This document shows, piece after piece, positions 34,790-48,169 of a DNA stretch of 64,000 nucleotides. The first letter of the stretch is position 1. The number at the start of each line of letters is the position of its first letter. A program made the translations under genes and the position numbers. The notes under the pieces are model-generated. The model had not been told where the DNA came from and ran no database searches. It saw nothing but the letters and a program-made list of their open reading frames with translations. Origin of the DNA: Camelus ferus (lineage: Eukaryota); the NCBI RefSeq assembly GCF_009834535.1, contig NC_045696.1, positions 89,344,001 through 89,408,000 of the forward strand, in the 5' to 3' direction.

Positions 34790-35960
34790 CATTTCTTGGC
34801 GGACCGTGTGCTGGGGACGGCTTGTGGCCCCGGGACGGTCCCCACGGCGCACACGAGAGAACAGCGGGGGGCCCAGTCCTGCGCACCCCCCCCCCCCACC
34901 TCCAGGGCTTTCCACACAGAGAGGGAGGCAGGATCCTGGGGGCCTGGCCGGGATGTAGCATCCCCTAAAGCTGAGGGCCATCAGCTCAGAAGAACGCGTT
35001 TCAAAGAGAGTTTCTAGCATGCTGTCGAGACGCCTATTTGTCAGGAAGCGGTGTGTGGGTTCCTGTGGCTATTTGCTTCCTAGGAGCTGTTGCTGCTTCT
35101 GTCCAGGTTTTGACTCCCTTTGCTCCAGGCAGTGATCATACGTGTATGAATTCATCTCATGCTAATAGTAACCCTATGAGGCAAGAACTATCGTCATCTC
35201 CATTTCACAGATAGGAACCGGCTAAGACAGGCACAGTTTAAGGGCTGCACCTTAGCTGTCCTCTTCCCAGCTGAGAGCGAGGTTTTACAGCAAGGTTTCA
35301 GCTTCTGGGTCTCCCATCTCACAGAGGCTCTGCCTCGCTGGTTCTGCCTCCCGATTTGCCTCCCTCCTCCTGGCGCCCCTCAAGCTGACCCTTCGTTTCC
35401 ATGGTATGCCTGGCGGATGTGTCTGACTTCTGTCTGTCTGAGCGTGCCGGCCTCGCAGCCACAAGCCTGCCCTGCCGCACCCCAGCACCCGGCTGGCCTC
35501 TGGAACCCCTGCCTGGAGTGGGACGGGTGGCTCCACAGGCAGCCCGGCTCGGGGAGTACCGCACGCGGCTGGGCGGGAGCACCAGTCCTCTGGCGGAAGC
35601 AGGCGGGTCTCCCTGCGGAGGCGGAGGAAGCACGGCCACGATCCGTTATCATCGCGGGGAGCGCTCTCCATCTTCGGAGAATTTAAAGAGCGAAATCAAA
35701 TGCATCGGCAGCCGAGTCACTTCTTTGAATCCATGTTCAGGACGCCTCCTAAATGTCTTCCCAGAATCCACCTTCCCTAGGATACCTTCATTGAATCCCC
35801 ACCCAACAGCCACTCCTCCCACCCAATTCTGCACGCTTTATCTAATCTCCCGTGCCTTACACCGCTCATCCCCCACTTCAGCCACTTCTCGCACGCGTCT
35901 CACTCGCCAGGCTGCACCTCACCTCACTGCCTTGCATTTCAGCGCCCGACATCATCCTGG
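34790..35960. promoter_or_regulatory. Orphan CpG-rich segment, candidate distal enhancer or promoter
   Basis: Local CpG excess (34800-34960, 35330-35720), GC boxes and several GGAAG ETS cores. Confidence 0.5.
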
Positions 35961-36344
35961 GTGCTATCGGTTGCTCTTGCTTATTCTCCTTTTTGTTTGT
36001 TACGTTGTTTCCTTCAGTGGACTGTAGATCTGGGAAGGCGTCTACTGTACTCCTAGTGCCCAGTCCAAGACTGGGCAGAAGACACACAGCCCAGAAACAG
36101 ACTCTGCGGTTGATGACTGGCCATAATGGCCCCTCACTGCATGGGCATCAAGTATCCTGGTGTGGGATGGAGGCCCTCCTTAAAACTGCGACCTCCTCCG
36201 AGTGAAGTGCATTAGGGATTCAAATATATGTGAAGCGCCAGGGCCTTTCTATTTTTAATGCCAACTAGGGATGAGAGGCTAAAAGAAAAAAAATAAACTG
36301 ACCTCCTCCGTTGCTGCCTACCTATGGATCTAGATTAATCTCCT

Positions 36345-36765
36345 TGTTTTTTTAGACTTTATTTTTTAAGTCTTCATAGACTTTTAAAAAAGCATTTTTA
36401 GGTTCACAGCAAAACTGAGTAGAAAGTACAGAGATTTCCCATATACCCCTGTCCCCACACATGCTCTTGTTTCCTCCACTATCAACATCACGCACTGAGC
36501 GGGATATTTGTTACAATCACGGAACATACGCTGACACGTTATGAGGACCTAAAGTCCACATTTGGGTTCACTCTTGGTGTTGTACAGTCTATGAGTTAGG
36601 ACAAATACGCAGTGACAAGTGTCTGTCAGCACAGTATTGTACAGAGTGCCTTCACTGCCCTCGACTTTTGGCAACTACTGATTTTTTTTTATTGTTTCCA
36701 TAGTATTGCCTTTTCCAGAATATCATACAGTTGGAATGATACGGTGTGTCGCCTTTTCAGATTCA
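36345..36765 (-). mobile_element. L1M 3' end
   Basis: tttaggttcacagcaaaactgagtagaaagtacagagatttcccatatacccc...ttttccagaatatcatacagttggaat. Confidence 0.8.
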
Positions 36766-37289
36766 ACCTTCTACTTTTCATCTTTCAATTACTTCCTTTG
36801 TTGGACCCTTTTCAAATTCAGGGTTTGGGTCTCTGGATATCTTGGGTAATCACATAGTGAGCATAGTCTGTAAGGTACCCACTTAGAGAGAAAGACCAGG
36901 GAACACTATAAAGGCAGTTTCAGGGATCTTCAAGGGCCAGAAATCCCCCTCCCGCGCTACCTTATATTGGGACTGCCCTTTAAGTTAAGATGTTGAAATT
37001 CCCTATTAAGATACAAACGTAGTATCTGCAAGGGATGATTATTATTATAATTATTAACTACCAACATTATTAAACATGAATGTCCTGACTCAGATGAGTA
37101 GAATGGCTTAAAGGATAACAAGAATCTGGGTGAATGTGCCCAGAAGGTAGGGCTTTGGAAGCCAAGGAACTGAATGAGGGATTTCCTGGGTTGTCTGCAC
37201 TTGCAGTCTGGACTCCTGGAAAAGTGGAGAAAGATAGAAAAACGTGTGGTAGAATGAAAAGAATACACTTTTGGGAGTCAAGGAACAGA

Positions 37290-37815
37290 ATGAAGTTAGT
37301 TATCTATTTCTGTGTAGCAAATTATCCCCAAAACTTAGCGGTTTGAAAAGATAAATATTTGTCATCTCACAATTTCTATGTGTCAGGAATTTCAGAGCAG
37401 CTTCACTGGTTGGTTCTGGCTCAGAATTTCTCATGAGATTGTAGTCAAGTTGTTAGACGAGGCTGCAGTCATCTGAACACTTGTCTGGGATTGGATCTTT
37501 TTCCAAGATAACTCACTCACAGGGCTGTTGGCAGGAGCCCCAGTTCTTTGCTGGCTGTGGGAAGGGGGCCTCAGCTCTCTCCATAGGGCCGCTTGAGTGC
37601 CCTTACAGCATGGCAGCTGGCTTCCCCCAGAGTGAGCGATCCAAGAGAGAGCCGGGAGGAGGCCACCATGTCTTTTATGACCTGGCCACTGCACTGCCAT
37701 GGCCTGTTTGTCACACGATCGTCACTAAGTCTAGTTCACGCTGGAAGGACGAGGAGTTAGTAGGCTTTACTTTTTTAAGGCAGAATTTTGAAGAATTTGT
37801 GGACATATTTTAAAA
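37290..37815 (-). mobile_element. MLT1-type MaLR LTR
   Basis: ttagttatctatttctgtgtagcaaattatccccaaaacttagcggttt...gaagaatttgtggacatattttaaaacc. Confidence 0.85.
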
Positions 37816-38931
37816 CCGTTGTACTTACATTGTACTTATTTACACATCTGGACTCCTGGGAAAGGAGTGAGAGAGAGAAATGCAGTGCAGTGCAAAGAAT
37901 AATCTATTTGGCATCAAAGACCTGGCTTGAATGCTGGTTTTTCCACTCCTAGAAAATCACAAGTGTTCTGAACCTTTGTTTTCATTATCAGAATTAAATG
38001 GACAATAGGTTTTCCCTGTAAAAAGCCTATAGAGGGGTAAGGGCGATGTGTGTGAAATCTATTTTTGTATCACAACACGCTACACAGACTTAACACTGTT
38101 TGCATGTTTGGACTGCTTTACGTGTGTTTGAGGGAAGCATCCATAGCAAAACGTATCCTCTTCCCTGTGGGCAGAATGAAGCCCTTGCCTCTTTCTCATC
38201 AGAAAGTGCAAGCCAAGAGCTCCTACACGGTTTTATTGCAGGATCGGGCTTCTAGATTTCAGGGAGGGATTCAGAGGGTTAGGCATTCTAGTTATATACC
38301 CTCTCCTAAGTTCCTCTGAGGCCTGGGGGAAACATTTTACTGTAGTCCCATTTCTTATAGAAACAAGTTGAAGACCTCTCTAATTAAGATCAGAGAGACT
38401 CTGATTCAGAAAACAAATGTTGCATTTTTTGTGCCAGCAGGACGTTTTACTGACCGCCCTTTCTCCCTACTGCTGAGTCATACTTGATTTTCTGCTTTGT
38501 TTAGTTACATGGTGGTGAAGTTTCCTCAAAATGCTATAAAGACAGATTTGTAAGTTGGGGATACTATGATTTTCTTTCCTTTAAACTCACTTCCATTGGT
38601 GGTTGCATGTCAGGTCCCTTCTTTAAATAATTCTTTGTGATGGAGTCATTAAGCACTGAAAAATGTAGACCTTAGAGGCGTGTAATGAGAAGATCAAATA
38701 GTGTGTTTGTTCCAAGGGACTCCATGATTTCCACCTTCACCTACCTAAAAGTTTTTCCATGTTGGAAATGTAAAAGAGTAGCCGTTCAGATTTTAGGCAG
38801 TAACCAGTGAGATCACTTTCAGTGGAGTAGCCATCTGAGCAGGCATCATGTGAAATATTCTCTAAATAAACACTTAAAAGGGAAGGAAACTCACCTTGAA
38901 AACTGGAAATAGGCCTCTGCAAAGTTCACTG

Positions 38932-39006
38932 GGTTGTTTTGTTTGTTTTTTTTTTTTTGCTGTTTTTTTCTTTTTTTGTTATTCTGTTTTTTGGTTTTTT
39001 TTTTTT

Positions 39007-39043
<37 letters not shown>
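38932..39043. repeat. About 110-bp interrupted poly(T) tract between 15-bp direct repeats
   Basis: ctgcaaagttcactg at 38917-38931 and ctgcaaagttcattg at 39044-39058. Confidence 0.85.
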
Positions 39044-39046
<3 letters not shown>

Positions 39047-39569
39047 CAAAGTTCATTGTAACCTTTATTTCTTAACCAGGCCAGTACCACCAGCCAATGG
39101 TGTGTGGCTTTCTCTGATGTGATGCATGAAATTGACACTATATTTTAGGTTCTTGTACTACCCAGCATTTCCACTCTTTTGGAGCAAGATGGGCCATAAT
39201 AGATTGAGCCTAGATTATCTTCAGGACAAATACAGCCAGGGGATTCCTGTTGTCTCAAGGTATTCAAAATTCTTACAGCAAAATCAGTTTAAGTCCTCTA
39301 GAAAATATTTAATAATAGATGAGAAATAATTTTTTTTAACCAAACTATTGGGGAAAGTAAAGGAAGACAGGGGTTAATGTGGCTGCAGATTGGAAATCAC
39401 TAATTTCCTATGCACTCCCCTGTCTGCAGAGATTGCCAGTTGTCCCAAAATCAGATCTTTCCTTTGATACTCCAGCATCTATAGCAATATGCCTCCAGTT
39501 TTTAGCTGAACACAAGGTCACCCAACATCACTTGCAACTAGGTGCACCGTATGCCCAAGTTCTGGACGC

Positions 39570-39840
39570 GTGGTGTTAGGTTAAAAAGAAATTCGAGTCT
39601 GCATCTTCTAGGAAGTTTTCTTGAAAGGAGAGATGCCTGCTCCTCTCTTCTTTCTTTCTTCCCGGTGACTGGAATGCAGATGTGATGGCTAGAATTGGAG
39701 CAGGAATCTGGGACCGGGAGATGATGTTGGAAATGAGAACCACACACAGCAGAGCCTGGGTTACCACCATGAAGGGAGATGGCAGCCCTGGACCATCCTT
39801 CAGCTCCATCCATCAGCTGAAAGTTTGTCCAGCTGGCATC
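39570..39840 (+). mobile_element. MLT1-type MaLR LTR fragment
   Basis: ctggaatgcagatgtgatggctagaattggagcag. Confidence 0.6.
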
Positions 39841-39917
39841 TTCACCCTACCATGTTGCCTCTTGGTGGTGTGGCCACAGGAGCAGTGTCATCTGGTGGTT
39901 AAGAACATTAGCTTTTT

Positions 39918-40497
39918 TGGGAGAGGGTAGAACTCAGTGTAGAGTGCATGCTTAGCATGCATAAGGTCCTGGGTTCAATCCCCAGTACCTCCATTCAAAG
40001 TAATATAATAATAATAATAATAATAATAAAGTAAGAAATAAGAAAGTAAGCAAGCCAGGCAGAAAAAGACAAATGTCATATGATATCACTTATGTGTGGA
40101 ATCTAAAAAAAATTGATACAAATTTTATTTACAAACTAAAAACAGACTCACAGACATAGAAAACAAACTATGGTTTTGAAAGGGGAAAGGGCAGGGATGG
40201 ATAAATTAGGGATTGAGGATTAACAGATACACATTGCTAAATATAAAGTAGATAAACAACAAGGACCTACTGTGTAGCATAGGGAACTATATACAATTTC
40301 TTGTAATAACCTATAATGGAAAAGAATCTGAAAAGAAAAAATACATTTGTACACATACGTATGACTGAATCACTTTGCTGTACACTGAAACTAACATTGT
40401 TAATCAACTACACTTCAACAAAAATTTCATAAAATAGTAATAAATAAGTAAATAAATAAACCTGATTACCTCCTCCTACCCAAACAAAACAAAGCAA
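39918..40497 (+). mobile_element. Camelid SINE split by an L1 3' end (about 40040-40435), itself inside a MIR
   Basis: SINE head 39918-39995, (TAA)n, L1 3' UTR, then SINE tail aaacctgattacc; outer TSD aagaaca(t/c)tagct at 39901-39913 and 40498-40510. Confidence 0.85.
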
Positions 40498-40654
40498 AAG
40501 AACACTAGCTCTCAAAATCAGGTGATTTGAGGTTGAAATCCTGCCTTCACCACTTACTGGCTGTATGACTTCGGGCAGATTGTTTAACCTCTCTGTTATG
40601 GTCATGTGGTGCCATGGGACAAATTCCTCCGATTTTGCATACTTATAAATTTTA

Positions 40655-41115
40655 GATCAGAAAGGTGACGGGGCACAGCAGGGTAGATTTGTCTGTTTCC
40701 TGAGGTCTGGGGCCTTAGCGGGAAACTCACAGGCTGAGGGGGCAACTCTAGAGCTGGGGGTGAAATCGTCTGAAGGCTCAGTCACACACGCATCTAGCCA
40801 TTGGTGCTGCTGCCAGTGGGACCTCAACTGCGACTGCCAACCAGAGCGCCTACACCAGCCTCTTCCTGGGGCCTGGGCTTCCAACAGTGAGTGTCCCAAG
40901 AGGGCCAAGTGGAAATTGGGTTGCCTTTGCTGACCTCGCCTTAGAAGTCACACAGCATTGCTTCTCCCACGTTCTATTCATGGAGACAACGGCACAGGCC
41001 CGCCCAGGTTTTAGGGGAGCGAAGAGAGAGATGCCGACTCTTGGTGGGGAAGTGACAAGATTCTTGAAGAGTACACGTGCTTGGAAATATCATTGTAGCT
41101 AATTTTGGAAAAGAC
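40655..41115 (-). mobile_element. MLT1-type MaLR LTR fragment
   Basis: gacctcgccttagaagtcacacagcattgcttctcccacgttctatt...aattttggaaaa. Confidence 0.7.
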
Positions 41116-43505
41116 CCTGCCATGCTGTCTAAAGCTTCCTGTTCTTCATCTGCAAATGAGGATAACCATATCTGTCTTATAAGGCAGAGGAGACGCTGGA
41201 AATATTTAATCACCTATAGAGCCTGGACACTGACCAATCACAGCAGTCACCGGCATCAACACTTCAGTCTACAGAATGGTCCTGGAAGTGCCCAGGGGAG
41301 AAGAAAGGGTGGGTAGAACGCCGTGTGCACGGGGAGGGTGGGGGCTGTCACTAAGTGGTTTCAGGGCAGTGAGTATTTTACCAACCAGTAACTTGAAAAC
41401 CTGCTGTTGCACATCGGCTGAACGTCAGCTCTGCTCATAGGGTCGTTTTGAGGATTAAGTATGATGCTGCACATAGAGCACATGGCAAGCAAGGCACATG
41501 GTGAATACCGAATAAACAACACTATTATTGCTACAGCCATTTTTGGTACTTTCCCATTCTAACATGCAACATAGAAATTAAAATCTTAAAAACATGAGAC
41601 CCCCCCTAATGTTTTCTCTCTCTTTTCACATGAAGACACACTGTCTTCATCTCCCCAAGAGCTTGTAGATCTTGTGAGCATCCAAGATCTTTAACAAAAC
41701 AAGTAGATGACCTTTCAATGGATAGATTTTTCTTAAGAAATAAGGAGTCTGTTCTTTTCCCCCCTCTTATTGGAAACCATGAGTCAATGACAGCATTGCT
41801 CTGTATAAGTCTCTTCAACAGTTGTACAAAGCTTGAAATTTTCCTAGATGTTTTGGTGTACATGGTCAAGTGAACTGATGTGATAACGGAATAGAAACAA
41901 AAGAGTATTGCCCGGCTGTAATTTCAGAAGGGATTTCTGTGGCTTCATAGAGAAGTGTGCTTTGCACCATGGAACCCCGTATCCTAAATTTAGAATAGGC
42001 TGAGAGAGACAGAGTCCAGATCTATAGTTCCTCATAGGAGAGGAACCTTCTTTAATACTGAAATTAGGCTCGCAGAGCCTGACTCACAAGCACATTTCCT
42101 GGACATGAATGACCTCCCCAGGGTTGGTCTGGCAGATATCTGAATTCTCTGGAAAAAGGCTGATTGATGCTGAAGGATTTTCCACAATACTGGGGAGCCC
42201 TATTTTTCTGCCAAGCCTCATCAGCTGAGAGAAGTCAAAAGAAGAATTGTCTAATAACGGTAATGGAATGGAAGCTAACTTCAGCTTGGAATATCTACCC
42301 AACAAAACACCCAGGATTCTCTTTTCCCAGCTCTCTGAGTGATGCCGCAGCTCTCTGTGCGTGAGGCCTTCCGGAGTATTGCTGCTGTGGGAGTGGGCTC
42401 CACACTTCATGCTGGGGGTCTGTATGCAGCCATGGTCTCCTCCATACTGTTGGGACTTCACCCTGTGTGGACTGAGGTGGGGCCAGGTCACTTCCCCTTT
42501 TGAATTAGCACAGAAAGAGTGCTCGAAGGTCTGATTTTAAATAGCTCTTTCTCTCAAGGATTGGCACTCAACTTCCCTGGGGCAAAGTTGGGGGGCCAAT
42601 GAGAGGCATCATGTGTGGGTGGCACCCAGAAGTGTCTCTCCTTACTAGCCTTCACTGGTTTCCAGTGTGGCACCCCAGCACCTTCTCCAGCCTTAGAGTG
42701 AGTTCCTGACCCCACGAGAGCGCTCTCTGAGAGGCCGAGCCCACCTTTGCCCTTCCCTCCTCGGTTCTCCGATCTCTAACCCAGACGCAGAATCCTCCTT
42801 CCTCTCCCAGGCATTATGTATTTGCCCTTCTCTGGCAGAGAACCCGCCTCCTGACAAAACTTGCTGAGGCCACCATTTGTGAGATGGGAACACGCATCTC
42901 CTAGATCATTTCCTGTCATTTGGGCACCTTCCTTTAACCCCGTTAATCAGAGGAAGATGAATTTTAATTGGGTTCAAAGCCAGACATTGACTACCCCAGC
43001 AAGTTTCATTAACCTTTTGGTAAATGAAGAGCCTTAACAAAGCTAAATGTACTTCACCCAGCTGATCTTCACTGACGGCAGATTCACTTGTTTTCAATTC
43101 ACCAAACATTTAGATCTGCAAACAGGGCACTGAGCTGTGGGGACGCAGTGACAGTAAGTAGTTCCAAGCACAAGGTGTTCCCACTTAGGGGAGAGACGAG
43201 TGAAGGGACTGTGGCCACTCCATGTGCTCAGGCTGCGGGGGGAGCAAAAGGGGGTCACTCACTCCACCTGGGCTCCGTAGTGTCTGCATCTGTAGCTCAG
43301 TGCGCAACCCAAGACATGATGGGAAACTCAAGACAGGCTGAAGCCTTCTTAGGTGGTTAGGAAAAGGGTTCAGGAAATGGTCACACCTGTGTCTTCTCTG
43401 TCTCCGAGGAAGAAGGAATCTTGGGGACACAGGAAACAAACCTGAAAGGTTCTCAGACTTCTCCAGTGAGCTAAGCTAGGTTGGTAGGAAGGAAAGCTTT
43501 GGAAG

Positions 43506-44125
43506 GGATTCAGGAAAAAATGGGAGGCATGAGAGAATGGCCATGTCCCAGGTCTCGGCTGAGTCCTGGGATGTGCCCTGACAAGTGAGGGTCCTTGGCT
43601 TCGTGCAGGAAAGAATTCAAGAGTGGGCCATAATTGAGTAAAAGTAGATTTATTTAGAGAGATGCACACTCTATAGATGGAGAGTGGGCCATCTCAGAAG
43701 ACCAGAGAGGTAAGAGGTTTGTGGAGGCGAGAGGGTTAAAATAGAAGTAGATACACATTCCATCGACAGAGTGCAGGCTGCCTCAGATGGAGAGAGAGAG
43801 CTTGAGACTGAGAGGTGCAGTGTTGCTAGTTTTTAATATGCTAACAAGTGAGAGGATTATTCCAACTACTTTGGAGAAGGGGCAGGGATTCCTAGGAAAT
43901 GGGCTACCACTCTCTGACCTTTCATGGTTAGCTTCAGAGCTGTCCTGGTGCCTATGGGTGTGCCATTCACGGAGCTAGTACATTACACTATGTACTGTGA
44001 AGCCCAAGGTGCACTGGAGGTCCACTCGCCCGCCATCTTGGGCCTCCAGGTCTCTTGGGGGATGACTTTTCTGCCATCTTTGTCCTAACTGATGGCTGTG
44101 TCTTGCCCCTTTCCTTCCATTCTCA
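43506..44125 (-). mobile_element. ERV1-like solo LTR (copy 1) with 4-bp TSD GAAG
   Basis: (g)gat...tctca termini, GAAG at 43502-43505 and 44126-44129, AATAAA on minus at 43654-43649; homologous to 52831-53415. Confidence 0.8.
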
Positions 44126-44324
44126 GAAGGATTTCCATTTAGCCTAATCATTGTGGAAATTCAATAGTCCCTATTTTGAAGAAATTTCTTATTCCAAGGA
44201 TCACAGCCCGCGTTTCTCAAGTGTTTTTAGAATATGAATTTTACATCATGTTCCAGTAAATCTGTATATTAAAACATGATTTCCAACTGAAAATTGTTTC
44301 ACAAAACAAATACTGTGTGGAATG

Positions 44325-44369
44325 CCCTCTCTTTTCTCTCTTATTCTTTTCCCCTTCCTTTCTCTCTCC

Positions 44370-44404
<35 letters not shown>

Positions 44405-44405
44405 C
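44325..44405. repeat. CT-rich low-complexity / (CTTT)n tract
   Basis: Read directly. Confidence 0.85.
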
Positions 44406-47400
44406 CCCCTCGCCCCACCCTGCTGGTAACTACCCACTAAAAAAATTTAACAGATAACTAATGAGTTTTAAAAGCTCAGCTCTAGAAAACTGAACCAAAA
44501 GCCTTGAATTGTCAATCATCCCCTCCCAGCAACTGCCTGACTTGAAATCAACTGTCTTGATGTCGTCCTATCTCTGGCCCTGCCCATCAGGTCTACAATG
44601 AAGGCAATTAGAGGTCAAAGTGAGACCACTGGCAGGTCAGGAAGGCTCCCCTGGGGCACCATTCTGCCCTGCACAGTGGGGTGAGTTTATTCTTCTGCCT
44701 GTGCTTGGTGGAGCTTTCAAGATGGACCAGAGTGGGCAGTTGGCCTTGCTGCATCATATAAGGACTTTATTCTATAATCCTCAGAGCTTTCTTGACCCAA
44801 CAAGCCTAAACACTTGGAAATCACTTCGAGTTGTATTTGGAGCCATTTTAGAAACATCAACTTGAGAATCAGTTCATGCTCATTAAGAACATTCGGCTCC
44901 TCGTTGACACACTTCTGTTTCTTGGACTTGACCCTGAAGAGTTGCTAGAAAAACCCATTCAGTGCGGTGCAGTGGCTGGGCTGGTGCTGGAAGTCAGGCG
45001 TGCCGTTAGACAGTCTGCGCTGCAGCTTGTTCACCTGTTCAGTGGGGGCAGTCAATGTCCTGCTTTCACGGGCGCGGTGTGAGGATTAAAGGATACGTGA
45101 CTGTAATGTTCTTCGCAGAGGCCCGGCTCCTGGCAGATGCCTGGTGGCAGGTGAGGTTCGCTGGTGTTGCCATCCCGCTCGACTCCACACTCGGTGCCCC
45201 ACCACCTTGCTCAGGTCAGCAGTCCCTGCCCCTGGCTCCAAGAGGCAGTTCTGAGGGTAAGTTCTTGACCTATTGGGACATCCTTGTTTAGATCCTGCTC
45301 AGTTCCTCCCCAGGTTACCTCCTTCCTTGTTAAAACACAGGAGAGAACTTTACTACAACAAGGAAGTGAGACTCTCCACGGCTCTTCAGGGGGACACGTA
45401 AGTGAGGGTGCCAGGTTCAAACTTCCCATAACTGTTCAAATGTTCACGGGGACGTCCTCCATGCTTGAGCCTCACCCCTTCAGGGAGAGACACAGAGAAG
45501 ACTCAAGTCTGCCTGAAATTGGATTAAAGAGTGACAATAATGATCTGTGATTTAGGAAGGGGGAAGATGGGGTGAGATGAGGTCCTGTGAACAACTGAAA
45601 TCTGGAGAGCATTTAATCCAAAACATTTATTGTGCACCTACGGTTCACATTACCCTGTACCAAAAAAAACAAAAAACAAACAAACAAAAAAAACCCCCAC
45701 AGACTCAGACCTCTAGGTACTTGCCATCTAACTGAGAGTTAAAATCCATTTATATGTTAACATTCAAAAATACCCACAAGAACTCATGGGCCATTGGGTA
45801 ATGGTGCTCCAAACCTATTACTAGTCACCATGTGTTATGAATTCTAGACATTTTCCAAACAGGTTCTGTGGAGGAGGCTGAACCGAAGCTGAATCCTCCT
45901 AGGGGTAAACTCCAGAAGAGCGAACAGGACAGGGGGGATGTCCATACCGTGGAGGGGAGTGCTTCAGGGAGAAACTGAGTGTTCCAGTGGAAGTGAAATG
46001 GAGCACAGGGTGGGCACATGTGAGAAAAAAGACTGAGCAGTTAGACTGGGGCCAGGTCGTACCTGATGACCAAGCTGCCTCTTTTTATCCAGGTGTTTCG
46101 TGTTCCCTCAACAAGCCTTTCACCAGAGTTGCTAACAAGTAATGGCAGGACCAGGGCTAGATGAAGGCCAATTGCTGCCCTAAACACAGACCAACAATGG
46201 TACCTCCTTGGCTCTTCCATCCTTTCAAGTAAAGGATCTCTTACACAGATTAGCTAATGAGTTAAGCACTAGTCAGACTCAGCCCTTGTGTTTACGCTGG
46301 CTGGAAGTGAAACCCTCACATCACGAGATGGAAACAAATGAGATATCTGACGACACCTTCAAATCAGACTTAAAATTTAGTCACTTACTGTGTCAAAGAA
46401 AATTATTTCCAGTGATGTTAATTAAAGACGAATATAAGCAGATAATGACAATAACAAAAAATTCCATTTGGGTCGAGAATGGCAGGGTAAGAGTTAAGGG
46501 CAGGAGCCAGGGGAAAACTCCAAGATGCCCCTTTCCCTTGGGCAATTAAGCGGATGCTTATTTTGCTTAATGCTTCACTCAGGGCTAGAAAGAACAAAGA
46601 GAAGAAGAAAGGGGATGAATACTTTCCAGGCTTATGTCATGTTAACTCGGAGGGGATGGCTGTGAGCTCCTTGAGGTAAGGTCATTGTCTTAATCATCTT
46701 TTTATCCCCATGTCTTACCCCAGATCTGTCACATAGGATTCAAATGAACAAACATTTATTGACCATATACTATGTGCCAGCATTTGGAGCTTGGAACAAA
46801 AAATGATCAAGACTGGGTCCTGCCCTGAAGGTACTCATAGTTCTGAGAGAGGCAAGCAGTGAGTAGGTGAAACAGAGTGTAAGAAATGCAATGAGCAATT
46901 CTTCACAAGTCAGGTGGTCCCAAGGAAGTGATATGTAGGTTGGTTCTGTAGGAGAGGAGCCAGCAAAGGGTTATTGCTTTAAAAAATTACTTTTAAAAAG
47001 GCATTTTTAGGCAAATCTGACTCATTGAAGATCAATACATACTTGCCGAATGAGTGAAGGTGGGATTGAAGAACATGTCCCCGGGGACATACAGGGAACA
47101 GACATGAGGTACAGACATACCATCTAGAGAGAGTTCATCACTCGCGGTAAGTTTTGTCCACAGGGAAACACCAAGAAAGCTAGTCTTGGCCTAAGATGCT
47201 CTATTGCTGCAGAAGATGCTTCAGTTGGCCCATCAACAGAGAGAAATCAAAGGCACTGTAGAAGGACAAGTGTCCATGATTCCAGTGAAAGGACTGGCTT
47301 GGCACCAATCCCAAATTCAGATTTTATACGTCTATATCTATATCATATACAATATATACCTTATGTATCAATACTTTTTTTAGGAGCAATATATGCAGCG

Positions 47401-48169
47401 GTATAAAACTTTACCCTTCCCTTTCCTTCCCAAGGTGGACTGCTTCAGAGCTGAAAGACCAGCCAGATGTTCAGGTATGAAGTAGTTGTCCCAGGAAAGG
47501 ATCAGCATTAAGGCGGCCAGGCTCAGAAGAAAGATTATACATTGCTTTTTTAAATTGCCATCTATTTTATTTTACTTTCTCTCCACAGAGGGTGGTCAGG
47601 AGAGAGTCAGTTTCCAGGACCACAAGAAGCAGAAAAAGACAGGTTGAGTCTCTCTCACCTCCTGCCGGGGTCGGGGTGGGGACCTCTCTGCGGCTTTGAC
47701 TAGATGGGCAAGGTCTTCAGGGGCTTCCTAAGACTCTTCCCCTCAGCCTCCTGACCACAGTTACCATGCGCTTAGCGGGAATCCCCACCCCTGTGGTAGC
47801 GGCATGCCTCGGATTTTACAGCCCCTCTCAGGGCACCGGCATGCCTATCACCTCGTTTGAACCCGGCAGTAGCCCGTGTGTTCTGTGCTTTACTTTTACG
47901 GAGAAGACAAAGCGGCCCAGATCTCCAGACTATAAAAGTCCTGTGCACTGAACCAGCCTGTTTGACTTGGCCAGGAAGCCTGTGTTCCTCTCCCCAGAGG
48001 GAGACATCTATGCCTACACACATAGAAAGGGGTTCCTTTATATATATATAAAGAAAACAGTCTTCATTTTTTCCTACTGCCAGAGAAACTAAAATGCTTG
48101 AGCCTGTTTTTATATGGAAAAATATCCCCATAGCAGAGAGAAATAAAGTTAATTCAAGAAGCAAATATG

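Noticed and set aside
35401..36027. 208-aa plus-strand ORF and overlapping minus-strand ORFs
   Set aside because: GC-rich region running into repeat-like sequence; no family similarity or exon structure.
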